DNA of 58,772 bases, the filler included, from Squatina squatina (taxonomy: Eukaryota), in the NCBI GenBank assembly GCA_031763465.1. It is 3 parts of 3 records of this genome, joined end to end, with 100 filler letters (N's around TTAATTAATTAA, not from the genome) between each part and the next. Parts side by side here need not be neighbours in the genome. Positions count along the whole stretch, not along the records: positions 1 to 19,025 come from JARFOE010000168.1; positions 19,126 to 41,857 come from JARFOE010000230.1; 1 more part is not named here. One strand, 5' to 3'. Below, in pieces: positions 12,921 to 26,240 of the stretch. Each line of letters opens with the position of its first letter. Positions within the stretch are counted from its first letter, which is position 1. The translations under genes were made by a program, and so were the position numbers. The notes beneath the pieces were generated by a model, which did not search any database, had not been told where the DNA came from, and worked only from the letters and a program-made list of their open reading frames with translations.

Positions 12921-14709
12921 TGAGTGGTTATCGATGGGCCACCTGATAAATTGAGATTGATGGTAAGTCATGAAAGGATTTAGATAGAAACAAGTTGCAA
13001 AAATAATATTCTGAGCAAACTAATTTTATCATCACTCATTTTTTTAAAAATGCAAGAGAATAATACTTAAATGTAACAAATTAGAAACGTAATGTGTTAC
13101 ATAGATTTGCCTCTGACCTTTAACTCAGGAATGGGAACGGTAGTCCAGGCCTAGACTAATAACCAAGAGAACGGAAATTCAAATGACATGACAACAATTT
13201 GAGAATTTGAATTTGGTTTTAAAAAAATCTGGAACAAAATGGTGGTATTAGTAAATATGACCANNNNNNNNNNNNNNNNNNNNNNNNNNNNNNNNNNNNN
13301 NNNNNNNNNNNNNNNNNNNNNNNNNNNNNNNNNNNNNNNNNNNNNNNNNNNNNNNNNNNNNNNCTTCCTTACTCCAGGGACACATGGCAAGCATCAACCA
13401 ATACACAGTTTAAGTTATCTGGATGGACAACCAGCTGAGCTCCATTACAGACCATTGACTCATCCCACTCAATTCCCTTCTCATGCACTTACCCAGGTGG
13501 TTAGCTGATAGCCAAGTACAGGAGAGAAACAGCCCCAGTAATCACATATAGATGTTTCGTGCAGTAATTAGGGAACAAACATTTATCTTCTTTTGCAAAT
13601 TTCCCAACACACGGAGTGTACTGATTGATAGTACCTCTATCCTAAGTTATTGCCAACATATAAATTGACCAAGAGTAGACTAACTCTCCATTTAAAACAA
13701 TATATCTTACTAATACCAGAGAGCGATATTAAATTCTAAACTGTTTGAACTTCACTGAAACGCATGGCTACATTACTGCCTTGTAACTGCCTTGTTAAAG
13801 ATTTTCGTTATATGGTGAGCACTTAGTATTGATTCATTCAAATGCAAATTCAATAGATTTATCTCAGAAAATAATATTTTGGGATACAGCATATGAGTAA
13901 TTTGAGACTTTGACGTATGGTAAGTGTAGTGTGCTTGGGAGGAGCAGGTGACTTTTCAGATATGATTCCCAAAGCTGTCCACCACTGGGGGATTCCTCAT
14001 GTCTAATCTGCTGTAAACTAATTGATAAAGATTGATTGCCATGATTAGTCAAAAGTCCGTTATCATTTTATCATGCAACTACTAGGATGGTCGAAGGTGA
14101 ACTAGATGAACCTTGTTTAGTATCGTCTAACAATAGATAGATTTGTAGACATTAAAGACANNNNNNNNNNNNNNNNNNNNNNNNNNNNNNNNNNNNNNNN
14201 NNNNNNNNNNNNNNNNNNNNNNNNNNNNNNNNNNNNNNNNNNNNNNNNNNNNNNNNNNNNCTCCCACACTTCGTTAAAATGCAGTGACTCAGACGAATGT
14301 CAGCTTCCAACATCTGATTTTTAAGTGCCACCAATCTCTACATTCACATGATTAATTTCTGCTGAGAATATAGAAGGAGGTTCCAGATATGGACAGTCAA
14401 TTGACTATTCCCTTTTTTATTAGATTTTATTACTATGGTTGAGCAATTTAATTACACAATCTGCAACATGTTCTTCTTGCAATACGTTAACATTGCTTCA
14501 AAGTTTCTCAAGCCACACTTGGATCAAAATAAGCATTGGGTACTATTTGGCTACGTGGTAACCTCTGGCTCCAAAACTTTTCAGAGAAATATTCACCGCC
14601 CAGATTATTGCCTTGACTGAAGCGACTGTAGGTTGTCTGTAATATGGCTTGCAATAGTTCCGCATAAGCATTATTCCAAGATTGTTAATCCACGTATTGT
14701 TGATTTCAG

Positions 14710-14757
14710 GATCCAAAGGCAGAGTGCAGCAGCTGTGCAGACGAAGACAACAACACC
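14710..14757 (+). other. zbtb38: Candidate zbtb38 leader exon B (48 nt)
   Basis: Acceptor TTGATTTCAG ending 14709; donor ACC|GTGAGT at 14758; purine-rich; open in all three frames. Confidence 0.55.
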
Positions 14758-15184
14758 GTGAGTAGAAGCATTTTAGCTTTGGTTTTTTTTAAGTCTGTGA
14801 CAGTTCCAACTCTCTGCCTGATCACAATGTTTATGTGTAGTCTGAGGAACTAAACCTGGTCATGCAAGAAGGACTAATGGCATCTTTGCTGCTAATATGT
14901 GTATAGACTGTTTTGCCTTTGCTGAGCTGATCACAGTAAACTTTATCATTTTAATTGTCCCGTTACATCTGTTTGTGGCAGAAACGGGGACCATAAGCGT
15001 ATTTGGTGCTGGAAGTTCCAGAATATTGAGTTTTGCCTGTGGCTATCTTAACATTGTACATTACTTAAGAACAGTGCAGTAATTCCATTAGAGCAGCATT
15101 GATGGTAGGTAGGTAGTGGTGTGAACAAAGTTGAAGGTCACCATAGAATTGTATCTGTATCTCTGCATGCAGTGCCAGTTTTGT

Positions 15185-15590
15185 TCTGTTGGCAGCACTT
15201 TCGCTTCCAAATCAGAAGGTTGGAGGTTCAGGCCCCACTTCAGCACAGGTAATTCAGGCTGACTCTTCAGTGCAATACAGAGGTTGTGTTTCATTGGTGG
15301 AGGTACTGTCATTCAGATGAAATAATAAATGTGAGCCAAGTCTGCCTGGAAAAGGGTGGATGCAAAAGATCTGAAAATGCTCTGCCCAACATTTATCCCC
15401 TCACCACCATGAGCTTAACTAGTCATTTATCTCATTTGCCGAATGTGGGATCTTGCTGTGCACAGATTGCCTGTCACATTTGCTTACCAAACAGTAACTA
15501 CACCTCAAAAGTAATTCATTGCTTGTAAAGCACTTTGGGATGCCCTGAGGGTGTGAAGGTGCTATATAAATGCAAGTTTGTTTGTTGTTC
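15185..15590 (+). mobile_element. Near full-length Deu-domain SINE
   Basis: tRNA-like head (GGCAGCACTTTCGCTTCCAAATCAGAAGGTTGGAGGTTCAGGCCCCACT), Deu core GTGGGATCTTGCTGTGCAC, tail GCTATATAAATGCAAGTTTGTTTG. Confidence 0.8.
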
Positions 15591-16157
15591 ATCTTATATA
15601 CATTAATATGTTGCTTTGCCGATGTGTATCTCCTGTTTGGATGCTGCATGTTTCCCTGTGGAAAAACTCAATAAAAACATTTCCTGAAATATTTGTTTCC
15701 AGTTGTCAAAGGCCCTCTGTTTCAAAATAATCCTCACCTTGATTTGAATTAAAGCCAAACTTTATCACAGAATCCATATGTGCAAGGTATGGAGGAGGAG
15801 CTGGCTTCTTCAACTTATCCTGGTTGACTTCACCATTCCATTGTGACTCTGGATTTAAACCATATAAAGAGTTTAGTAGTCCATTATATACTAAAGCTGG
15901 AGGGTAGCAGCACTGCTCTGCCATCAACCATTTTCTCCTTGCCGTTTGATGGAAGGTATGTTGAAATGTAGTGGCACTCTGCAGAAAAAATGTTCTACAA
16001 ATTGGGTATAAGATACCTGTTAGTAATCATAAGGGAATTGCTAGCTTACTCATCTGGNNNNNNNNNNNNNNNNNNNNNNNNNNNNNNNNNNNNNNNNNNN
16101 NNNNNNNNNNNNNNNNNNNNNNNNNNNNNNNNNNNNNNNNNNNNNNNNNNNNNNNNN

Positions 16158-16270
16158 CTTCCTTAGATAAGGAGACCAAAATCATGCACAGTACTCCAGG
16201 TGTGGGCTCACTAAGGCCCTGTACAATTGTGGTAAGACTTTCTTACTCTTATATTCCAATTTCCTTGCTT
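16158..16270 (-). mobile_element. CR1 RT fragment
   Basis: AAGGAGACCAAAATCATGCACAGTACTCCAGGTGTGGGCTCACTAAGGCCCTGTACAA is the reverse of the LYRALVSPHLEYC motif. Confidence 0.75.
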
Positions 16271-16964
16271 CCTGTCTTGCTGGCTTTGTTTGTTCCAAAA
16301 CTTCAATAAATCGACAAAAAGACGAATGTGCGAAAGACGTGGCACTGTGTTTTCCACATATAAATAAATTTAGCGAAAGATTGTTACTGAAATTTCACTC
16401 AAGAGAATTTGCCTGCAACATTAGTAATCGGCTACTGCTGCTGTCAATTAGTAATCTAATAATCTTCACACCGCTAATATTTATCTTGTGGTATAAACAG
16501 TAATTTAGTAAAATCACCAGCAGATGGCCTGCGCTCCATTTAATTTGTTCTGGCTGTACAGACAGTATCAAGCTATAATGGCAGTTCCCTTTGTGAAAAT
16601 GCATAATTGGCACATGTGGTGATTTAAGCTATTTACTCCCTGCACAAATGGGCTGCAATTATAATGGGCTTTTTTTCCAATAGGAAGCCCCCAGAAATAA
16701 TCAGGTCGGCAGGTGGCACCATCTACGGCATTAAAGGCTGCTGGATAGACGAATAACAATTTCCCAAATCTCTGCCTTCAGATTGCATCTGTGGGAGGGT
16801 TTTAATGTCCCATTTTGTGAAAAATTCAAAAGTGTCACACCGGCTGCACTCGGCACAAGCTGCCNNNNNNNNNNNNNNNNNNNNNNNNNNNNNNNNNNNN
16901 NNNNNNNNNNNNNNNNNNNNNNNNNNNNNNNNNNNNNNNNNNNNNNNNNNNNNNNNNNNNNNNN

Positions 16965-17304
16965 ATTTCGAAGAAAATCTTTAAAAATTTTTAAAATCAT
17001 ACTTACCTTAATGGGAATGGTTTTAAAGTAATGTACTATTAATTTTTTTGTTTTGCATTTTTTTTTACATCTCTTACGCTGGTAAAACCAAGCATATATG
17101 CTAGGTTTTACCATGCATAAAAAAGATTAAGAGATTTCCAGTGCAAGCGTTGTGAAAACCTTGGATCTGTCAAGACAGATTGTGACAGATCGCAAGTGCT
17201 GGATCTCCGGGCTTGTGCTGAACAGTGTCAGATTCGGTATTTGCTAGGTTTCCCCAGATGCGTGGGAACATCGTTCCCACCCGGAGAGATCACGATTTCA
17301 GGCT
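16965..17304. mobile_element. Non-autonomous DNA element (Harbinger-type MITE), inverted relative of 47172-47480
   Basis: Shared blocks in opposite orientation (CCTTAATGGGAATGG, TTACGCTGGTAAAACCAAG, GATCTGTCAAGAC, GACAGATCGCAAGT); ends ATTTCAGGC. Confidence 0.7.
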
Positions 17305-17529
17305 ATTATGAAATTTGCAAGTGGAGGTGGCTCCGATTCCAAAGTTGTGAACCTAATGAAAACTGAACTAATGCAGGTCACATCTACTAAAATGCACCAC
17401 AGTTTGCTTAGTGTGAAAATTAATTCAAATCTCAGACGCAATTATTCCAGGTAAATTCAATATTCAATATGCACAGCACCTGGAATGATTAAGTAGTGCT
17501 ATACCTTTCTCACTCAGGCTCGCATTGTT

Positions 17530-17662
17530 AGAAAGGGCTTGCAGGATGCTCCAAAGCACTTCATAGCCAATTAATTATTTTGAAGTGTAGTTACTCTTAT
17601 GTAGGCACACGTGCAGGCAATTGGCACATAGCAACGTTCCCACAAACTGCAACAAGATAAAT
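17530..17662 (-). mobile_element. Deu-domain SINE fragment
   Basis: CCAAAGCACTTCATAGCCAAT...TTTTGAAGTGTAGTTACT...GCACATAGCAACGTTCCCACAAAC is the reverse of the SINE core. Confidence 0.7.
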
Positions 17663-17669
17663 GAGGGAA

Positions 17670-17886
17670 AACCTTTTTACGCAGCGAGGATCTGGAACGT
17701 ACTGCCTGAAAGGGTGGTGGAGGCAGATTCAATCATGGCTTTCAAAAGGCAATTTGAAGGAAAAAGAAATTGCAGGGGTAAGGGTGGGGGAGTGGGATTA
17801 GCTGAAGTGCCCTTGAAGACAGCCGGCACATGCTTGACAGGCCAAATAGCCTCCTTCTGTGCTGCAACCATTCTATGATTCTATGA
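17670..17886 (+). mobile_element. CR1 LINE 3' end
   Basis: RIWNVLPERVVEADSIMAFKR (CR1 ORF2 C-terminus) and the tail ATTCTATGATTCTATGA. Confidence 0.85.
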
Positions 17887-17924
17887 AGTTGTATGTTCTT
17901 GGGACGGGGGTAAAGTTGGCAAAG

Positions 17925-18600
17925 CTGCATTCACTGACCATCCCTAGAAGATTGTGATGGACCTTCTCCATAAATTATTGGAGTCCTTGTGTTGATGACA
18001 TGGAATTCCACAATGTTGCTTCTGTGACAATGAAAGAATGGCAGTTTGTTTCCAAGTCAGGATGGTGTGTGGCTTGGAGGGAAATTTGGATGTTATGGTC
18101 TGCCCACGATCTTGTAGCTCTTGTCCTTCTTCATAATAGAAGCGAATCGGCTGGATGGTGCTTTCGAAGTAATCTTTGAATGTTGCTGCAGTGTATCCTT
18201 AAGATTGTTCATACGACAGCCATAGTGTGTCAGTGGTGAAGGAGGCGGATATTGAGTTAAGTAGCAAGAGCACCAATCAAGTGGACATTCTGTCCTGGAT
18301 GATGTTGAGCTTCTTGTGTATTATTGCAGCTGCACCTGACTTGTGAGTTGTGAGCATTCCATCATGCCCATGACTTGAGCCTTGTAAATGTTGAGGAAGC
18401 TTTCAGGGATCAGGAGGTGAGCCACTCATCTCAGAGTAACCAGCCATTGAACTGCCGACAGACAGCGACTGTGCACAGCTTTAGGGCCCAGTTCCCAGGT
18501 GGTAATAAGGAGGGCTTTGCAAGGATTGACTGGCCTGGGATTGCCTATATCTTGTCTTGATGTATAGGGTCATTGCTGACAGGTCTGTCTGGTCAGTCAA
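17925..18600 (-). mobile_element. Non-LTR retrotransposon RT 3' relic
   Basis: Reverse of the AA..KKLN.IQD...LIG motif at about 18270-18340; same family as 55880-56035. Confidence 0.55.
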
Positions 18601-19069
18601 TTATAGGGCACTAACTCCAATTAAAAGCCCACATTTTTAGAATGAAAGTACCGTGAGTGAATTCATAAATCACCGCATTTTAATAATGAATTTAAAAATT
18701 GCTCTGCTATGAATGTTCTTTCTGTCTCTTATCCCAGCAGAGACAGAAAGATCCATGCCTCTTAATTTAATCAGTGTTCTGTCTCTTACTTCTGGATAAA
18801 ATCTGTTGAAGTGTCCATTAAAACCACATTGGAAATGTCTGTTCCAATATTCACTTTCAAGCTCAGTGCTTTTGACCTGTGTGACTTCCATCCAGATGAT
18901 GCCCTGTATATAATTTTTAGGCAGTTGTTCCAATAGTAATTATATTTGTGTATAAAAGACATAATTGATTTCAGATTTCAGGGCTTAGACATACATCTGG
19001 AACTAAGACATTTAAATTTCTTTGCNNNNNNNNNNNNNNNNNNNNNNNNNNNNNNNNNNNNNNNNNNNN

Positions 19070-19081
19070 TTAATTAATTAA
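19070..19081. other. Artificial six-frame-stop scaffold linker
   Basis: N44-TTAATTAATTAA-N44, exactly 100 nt; repeated identically at 41902. Confidence 0.95.
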
Positions 19082-19125
19082 NNNNNNNNNNNNNNNNNNN
19101 NNNNNNNNNNNNNNNNNNNNNNNNN

Positions 19126-19740
19126 CGAGGGGTGATAATTGGCCGTTAAAGTGAAGATGGGCAGGGCGAGGCATTCATCTCACCTGCCGGAGAATTCCCC
19201 AGGGAATTCCAGATGGCGCACCGACCCCTCAACACCCTGCTGCAACCCCTTCTCGCGCCCCTAGCGCCCCGGGTGCTCAAGCTGTCATTGCCACAGCCTG
19301 TTAAAAGGGAGGGCCGGAGTGCCGGCGGCTGCCATTTTTTTTGTCGGCTGACTCTTTGGTCGGTCAAGGGATGGCAGTCGTCACCCCGACCGGGCTGCCA
19401 TTCGCTTGCCCGGCACGCTGGCTGGCGAGCCCGGCTGGTGGCCCGGTCCGCGGCGCCCCTGGTGCCCCAGTGGCGGACATCAGGGCACCGTTGTGGTGGC
19501 CAGAGGCCCTCCCCTATAAATTATGGGGCGGGGCCTTGGCTGACGTCAGCGCAATGGTGTCGGCAACGCGGCGCTGACATCCCCACATCAACACCTGGCT
19601 AACACCGCGGACATGAGTTCCTTTCCGGGATTTTAACTCCAATTCTGCACTGGCAGCAATAGGCCTGGGGCCGGCGCAAAATAAACCTGGCCCGGAGTCT
19701 TAAGACTGTCGGCACAGCGATAACCAATTCGGCCCCCTTA
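19126..19740. mobile_element. GC/CpG-rich non-autonomous DNA element (MITE-like)
   Basis: Abrupt GC-rich block; ends CCAATTCGGCCCCCTTA, resembling the other GGG-(N)-GAAATT-type termini in the window; internal palindrome GCTGACGTCAGC. Confidence 0.6.
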
Positions 19741-19885
19741 CTGTTTTAACATTTAAACATTTTGAAGCTCTTTCTACAAATATGCAGGAATGAAGTCATT
19801 GCCTGACCTTGCAGTTTTTATTCTGAAGTGTTTCATGTTTGAAATCCTTAGGGGTTTCTTAATAACTTGTTTTTCATTTTCATAG

Positions 19886-19939
19886 GTCAGTGGTAGTGAC
19901 GGATAAAATCTTAATTAGTAAAGCTTTGCTGAACTTTGG
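19886..19939 (+). other. zbtb38: Candidate zbtb38 leader exon C (54 nt)
   Basis: Acceptor TTGTTTTTCATTTTCATAG ending 19885; donor TGG|GTAATT at 19940; three stops in frame 0, open in frame +1. Confidence 0.5.
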
Positions 19940-20879
19940 GTAATTTATTGCAATATTTTCTCGACTGCTGCCAGCTCAAGTGTGTGCAGCATGGATGCAG
20001 TAAAACAATCTTTCAATAAAACCAATTTCAATAAAGCTAACCAGCCATCTTACAGTTCAAATTCATTCTCTCTTCACTCCTCCCAAACTTATTTTAGCTA
20101 GAGAACATAAAATCAGGATTACTAAATGAACAATATAGTAGTATAGAAATACATAGCAATAAACTTGCACTATTAACTACTTTATGTTCTATACATTTGC
20201 CATCGATAAATCGCAAAGTTTTTTTTGCATTGCACCAAAGCAAATACATAAAATACAATGCTGCGGATTTCCCCGATCTCAAAAAATGGGGAGTGCTAAA
20301 GGGAGAGAGGCGACCTGGAACTGCTATTTTCATTTTGCTGGGTGAGATACAGGAAGAATTTTCATCCTAAGTGCACTGCACAGGCATGTTACTGAAAAAT
20401 ACTGAAACTGGCAGCAGTCTGAATAGTATTTGAAATGCAGTTTCTCAAGAATTTGGTTTGTGGAATGTTAAAAATAAAAATTGGCACAGCTCAGCTCCCA
20501 GGCATGCAAGCTTCAGCCNNNNNNNNNNNNNNNNNNNNNNNNNNNNNNNNNNNNNNNNNNNNNNNNNNNNNNNNNNNNNNNNNNNNNNNNNNNNNNNNNN
20601 NNNNNNNNNNNNNNNNNNTACATGTGTTCGTCGGCAGTACAAGGAGCAGGCAGAACGTGACATCATGGGAGGGGGGGGGAAATCCCTCGTGCGCTCAGTT
20701 ACATGAGACCCCCACCAGTGCTACTTGAATGGATACATCCAACTTGCAGGCAAGTTGCTTCTTGCTTTTGTACTGGCTCTTGCAGAGATTGCTGGAAGAG
20801 ATTTCAAAATTTGGTAAAAGTGTGCAGGGAGTACTGCTGGATGTTGGGAAGGCATTGGTTGCTACTGGAAGGCTTCAGA

Positions 20880-21205
20880 GTACACCACTTGCTCCCAGTC
20901 ACGAGGGCTCTAGTTGCAGTCCCCCTTGGGCTGCAACATGACAGGGAGATGGAGCAGAGGCAGCAAAGACAAGCTGCTCGCAGAGGGAAGAGGAGGAGGG
21001 CTCTCAGCAGGAGGCCTTACCCACCCAGGCTCTTCAGGGAGCACTTCTCCTACCTGCACCTAAGCCAGGAGCAGTGTGTTCAGCAGCTCCGCTTCAGCAA
21101 GGAGCCAGTCACAGAAATCGAACATCTCTTGGAACTAGGCCTGCAGCCTCAGAGCAGGGCGGCAACGGTCCTCAAGGTGACCGTGGCCCTGAATATTACC
21201 TCCTC
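20880..21205 (+). mobile_element. Harbinger transposase (HARBI1-like) N-terminal fragment
   Basis: RRPYPPRLFREHFSYLHLSQEQCVQQLRFSKEPVTEIEHLLELGLQPQSRAATVLKVTVALN; no DDE core present. Confidence 0.8.
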
Positions 21206-21308
21206 CTTTACTGCTACATTGGCAGAATTTTCTTCTCCAGTGGAGACAGATGCAAAATACACATTTAGTACCTCAGCCAGGCCCTCTAACCTCCACAAGA
21301 TGATCTCC
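21206..21308 (-). mobile_element. CR1 ORF2 fragment
   Basis: Minus frame LAEVLNVYFASVSTGEE, matching the AEVLNEYFASVFT motif. Confidence 0.7.
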
Positions 21309-24300
21309 NNNNNNNNNNNNNNNNNNNNNNNNNNNNNNNNNNNNNNNNNNNNNNNNNNNNNNNNNNNNNNNNNNNNNNNNNNNNNNNNNNNNNNNNNNNN
21401 NNNNNNNNTCCCAAAGTGCATCACTTCACGCTTATCCCCTAAAGGTTGTTGATCTGAAAATGTAAATGCAAGAAACTCGCCTCTCCTCTCATGATCAAAA
21501 TTTGTTTTAATCAACCAAGACAGGAATATTAAATGTGTAGCTCTTGAATTTATTAACATCAATATCTATAACTTTTTATTTGTTGCAAAGTGTCCTGGCC
21601 AGTGAATGGGTTTTTTTGCTGACATTTACTCAATGCTTTCTGCACTTGATCAGCAGGTTGATGTTATTTAATGCCTCATGCACTCAAAAGCACTATGAGC
21701 TACTGCCAAATTACTCAAATCACTGAATAATGTATGACATTCCACACCACTGATGGTAGATTAAGGGAGTTTTTTTCGCAAGTATGAAAGAAACAAAGGT
21801 TACGAATGGCATTAGCATCTGCAGTTTGCATCTCACCAGTGAAATTATGCACTTTGGATAGACTTAGTCAATTGGTTTCCGAAAGCTTAGTTTTTAAAAG
21901 GGCACATTTTCATTTTTTTAAAAAGTGCTTGCAAACCTTGTACTGTTTGTCAAATGTTCAGCTTGATGTAAATCCGATCAAAATGTGTTATTATGGCACT
22001 TGTGTGTAATATCTGCACAACAAAAAAAGTCTAACAGTTATTCTCGCTCTTCTCCCTGCCCAAATGGAATAAGGTTTACTGTTTTTTCTTGAAGACAGTC
22101 CCAATTTAAATGCAGGATGACGTGTGGTGTAAACAGATTTGATTACATTCATATAATGACTTTCTCAAATAATTTCCATGTTTGAGAGGTGATTAAAGCA
22201 CCGGGTCTAGCCGAGGTTCCTTGACTCGGGATTAAAGATGTTGGAATGTTCACTTTGACCATTGATAGTGGATACAATGTGATATAACTTTTGAGCTGCA
22301 GTTCTGTAGGAATGTAGGGTTTTATCATGTTTTATTATAGGCTGAGACTGTGTGCATAATATCAGAAGGATTTAATAAATCACCAATAATTAATTGTACT
22401 CGAGTTAATTATATTTATTTTCAGTGTCACATCTTATATCTGTTAATCTAGTATCAAAGGACATAACTTTCCTGTGCATTTTTGCCAATTTAGAGGTGAT
22501 ACTTAGATAGGTAGATTGGACAATGTGAAGGAAATAATTAACTTTGCCCCTTTGGACATAACATTTGGACATTGTAAGTTTGAACTGCAAAGACAGCAAT
22601 GTGCAGAGGCTTCAAACAGGCCTTTGGTTCTCAAAACAACGGATTTGAAGAAACAGTGCTGAGAAAGTTATAAATCCTTGAGAAAGACAACTAAAATACA
22701 GCTCTTAGTTTTACACTGACAAGAGGCTACGGAAAATTTCACATGCTGGTTTCACACAGTGGAAAGACCGCACCTGGGCTCACACGGTTTTGAATGGTCC
22801 AGCCAACCATCCATCAATCATGCAACAGTGGGTGACAGGCCAAAATGGGACTTCTAGTGATTCTAATTCACACCCAAACTGGCAAAAATCATATAAAAAT
22901 GGGACATCGCGGCAGATTCTTTACTGTAGTTGGAGGAGCCTTAAGAAGCTTTGCTTAGAGGAAGGACATCCAGGAACAAATAGAAAAACATGGGACTATG
23001 CAAAATATATAAATTACTGAAATAAATGCCTTAGATAAATAAATAACTTTAACTGATATACCAGCAGGCTGCGTGTAAATTAAAAGGAATAGTTTGTCAG
23101 GACTATGCCTGAAATAAGAAAATTACAACTTATTCTGTTTTTGGAAACCAAATTTAAAACATCTACTGGTCCCAGTTAAAGCATTAGGAGACGCCTGCCA
23201 GGGATCTCTGCCCCTGACCCTGCCGAGTGTCCAGGTCCAAGAGAGGTTATCAAATTAGCATTCTGCTGGCGGGTGATACAAGAGGCCTAAACCATGGATG
23301 CTGCAATGGGTGTACCTTATAGTCTTTTTGGATGGATGAATTAAGATGGACTGAATGGCCTTCCTCATCTGTAAGTATCCTCATTATAAAGGATACTATG
23401 AAAACAGGTTGGATAGTAAAGTGATCAAGTTAAAACCACTGTGAAACAGCAAATGTGGAAAACATTTCCATGGTTCCTGCTCCACACATGCAAGATATCA
23501 GCAAACCACCACCATTCACTAAATTGTATTCTTAATCAGCAATTACTGAAATAAAGTGTAACCCATTGCTACATATCTTAATTTAAAGTGATGATCAATA
23601 TATGAGATGAACTGACAATGGTCAAGACTAAGTATGAAGAGAATTTATTTACATGTTTCTGCACAATAAATTCAATTGAGGTGATGTACCATGCTTCAAA
23701 GTGAAGGAAAACATTGGGAATCACTTTCTGTTTAAAGAACTTCTCCTTTTAATGCTGGAAAAATGTACTTGCCAGATAGCTCAACTTTTTTCAGTTCTGT
23801 TGTGAAGGTACTTGAGCCTACCTCCTTGGCAGAACACTCTACTGATGTCAGTTAGAGTGGTTTCATCACAAGTGGCAAAAAATGTGATTTCAGAGAAACC
23901 AGAGTGCCATTTCAGAGCGAGATGAGCCTGGAACCCATGTTACATGCCAGAAAATTTGCATTCCCAGGCTGCAGCATCATTTCCCAAGATTATCTGGCTC
24001 CAAAGCAATGGAGTCACTGCATAACTGGAGTCACCAGAGTTACCCAGCAGAGAGGGAGAACTTAGTCGNNNNNNNNNNNNNNNNNNNNNNNNNNNNNNNN
24101 NNNNNNNNNNNNNNNNNNNNNNNNNNNNNNNNNNNNNNNNNNNNNNNNNNNNNNNNNNNNNNNNNNNNGGTACAGATGTAGCCCTGTTCCACTTTGTATT
24201 AAGAAAGCACATTTCAGCACTAGTTTTTCCCCAAATGAATATCGGTATTTAGATTTCCATTTGCTTAACAGATCTAACCAACTCAGGCAAAGTAAATGAA

Positions 24301-26141
24301 TTTTCAGCAACCCAGAGCCTCTCATGCTTGGTTTACCGTGCAAGTGCTTTTGATTTTATTTCTTGAACTATGAAGTGTGGAGGCAGTTTATACCTAATTA
24401 GCATTTTAATTATATTGGAGAGACCGTGGATTTAGAGGAAACTTTATCACCTTCAGCAGCCAGTGGGGATCGATTAGAGTCTTGACAATTTTTTTCAGAA
24501 CAGTCACACAGTAAGATAAAAAACGATGGTTATATTGTTCCCTAATATTGGATAGTTATTTTAGTGATTTTTCTCAATTATACAACATTATAGTTCTGTT
24601 TTGCACCTACCTGGAGGTTTAGTGTGCTCCAGCAGTGCACTGGCTAACAGGTTTCTGTAAAATTCCACTATGCACTATTTTTGAACAATTATTAACTCAT
24701 TTAAAGTAGACAAGTTAGCAATTGCATTAGAATAGAACACGAAGGAATCTTATGGGAACCAGTTAACCAGTGCAAACTAAACCCCCAAGTGGGTAACTGA
24801 TTTGCGGACATAAAAAAATGATTGAAACGGCAATTTTTCTGTTGAGGTTATTTTAGAATGGTAACTATAAAAATATGTCAAAATGCAACTACAATATACA
24901 CAACAATTTTTCATTATGTATTTGTTTTTTTTTTATATAAAATAAGTTGCATGCTATAACATAAATGTTCATGGCACCCCAAGAAACCATTTCTATGTAA
25001 ATTTGCAGTACCTTGTAATAACTGGTTGTACCAAGCAAGTCTATGTCTGGAGAACTGAAACAATAATATTGTCAAATTATAAAAGTTTTCTCTTTAATTC
25101 AGATTGTTTTGTTCCATTCTGACTATGAATTTTGTGAAATTTGATTTTGTTAATCTCACTGAAATATGGAACATGGAATTGTCAGTAGCAATAATTTATG
25201 TTGTATGATTTTCAGCATAAAGTTTTCATTCAGAGAATTAAATGGTTATTGAATCTGTAGATGCAATGGANNNNNNNNNNNNNNNNNNNNNNNNNNNNNN
25301 NNNNNNNNNNNNNNNNNNNNNNNNNNNNNNNNNNNNNNNNNNNNNNNNNNNNNNNNNNNNNNNNNNNNNNCCGCACGCAGGAAGCCTCCAATCGCAATTT
25401 CAGGCCCATTTTTTCTTCAATGAAACAAAGTGTTTTGAATAGATGACAGTTTTACACCAATTTAAAATCTCCCTGCTTTGCACAGAGATGTAAACCCAAA
25501 ATGTGCCAACAGTCTAAAACAGAGGAATAATAAGTAGGTGAGGAAAGCAATTAAATGGAACATAAAAGTGTTGAACACAATAAAGGAAGAAGTTCACCAA
25601 CTGGGGCCCAATGACCCTTTGATGAAATGCGTTAAACAAGTGAGGATGGATTATTTCAATAACAGTTATATTGTTTCTTTCAGAACTGAATTTATGAACT
25701 ATTAATTCAGTCATATGGTCCATGCTTATGAATCAATTGAATAAAATGCAAGTATCTAAATCCTTGCTTTAATATACAGTTCATGTCATTTGCATTAAAA
25801 GTAATTGTCTGCAAAATGGCAATTGCAGCATTATGCAGATTAAACCTCAATGACTATTTAGCCATCTGTTTCTTAGTAATGCATATGTTTCCATCACCCA
25901 TCACTAAGCAGCTTTATAAATAATGCCAAAAAATACTTTGGCCCAAAAATTCGTCTTGGGCAGTGGTGCAAACTGGGCAGTATCGGATCAGCCGCACGTT
26001 ATATGCAGCGCCTGATATTCTGTTCCATCCAATTTTGAGGCNNNNNNNNNNNNNNNNNNNNNNNNNNNNNNNNNNNNNNNNNNNNNNNNNNNNNNNNNNN
26101 NNNNNNNNNNNNNNNNNNNNNNNNNNNNNNNNNNNNNNNNN

Positions 26142-26240
26142 CTAAGGTCAGCCTTGGTAGCACTCTCGCGCCTGAGTCAGAAATTTGTAGGTGCAAGCCC
26201 CATTCCAAGATTTGAACATGCACCATGGATTGGAATATTG
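26142..26240 (+). mobile_element. SINE tRNA-derived head fragment
   Basis: TGGTAGCACTCTCGCGCCTGAGTCAGAAATTTGTAGGTGCAAGCCCCA resembles the head at about 15190. Confidence 0.65.

Noticed and set aside
15190-15260. tRNA gene
   Set aside because: It is the tRNA-derived head of a SINE, continuous with the Deu core and tail.
19126-19740. CpG island / zbtb38 promoter, and the ORFs at 19146-19602
   Set aside because: Sharp edges, a MITE-like terminus and adjacency to a linker; the ORFs reflect GC richness only.
20703-21452. 249-aa ORF as a novel gene
   Set aside because: A chimera of a Harbinger transposase fragment, antisense CR1 sequence and a gap.
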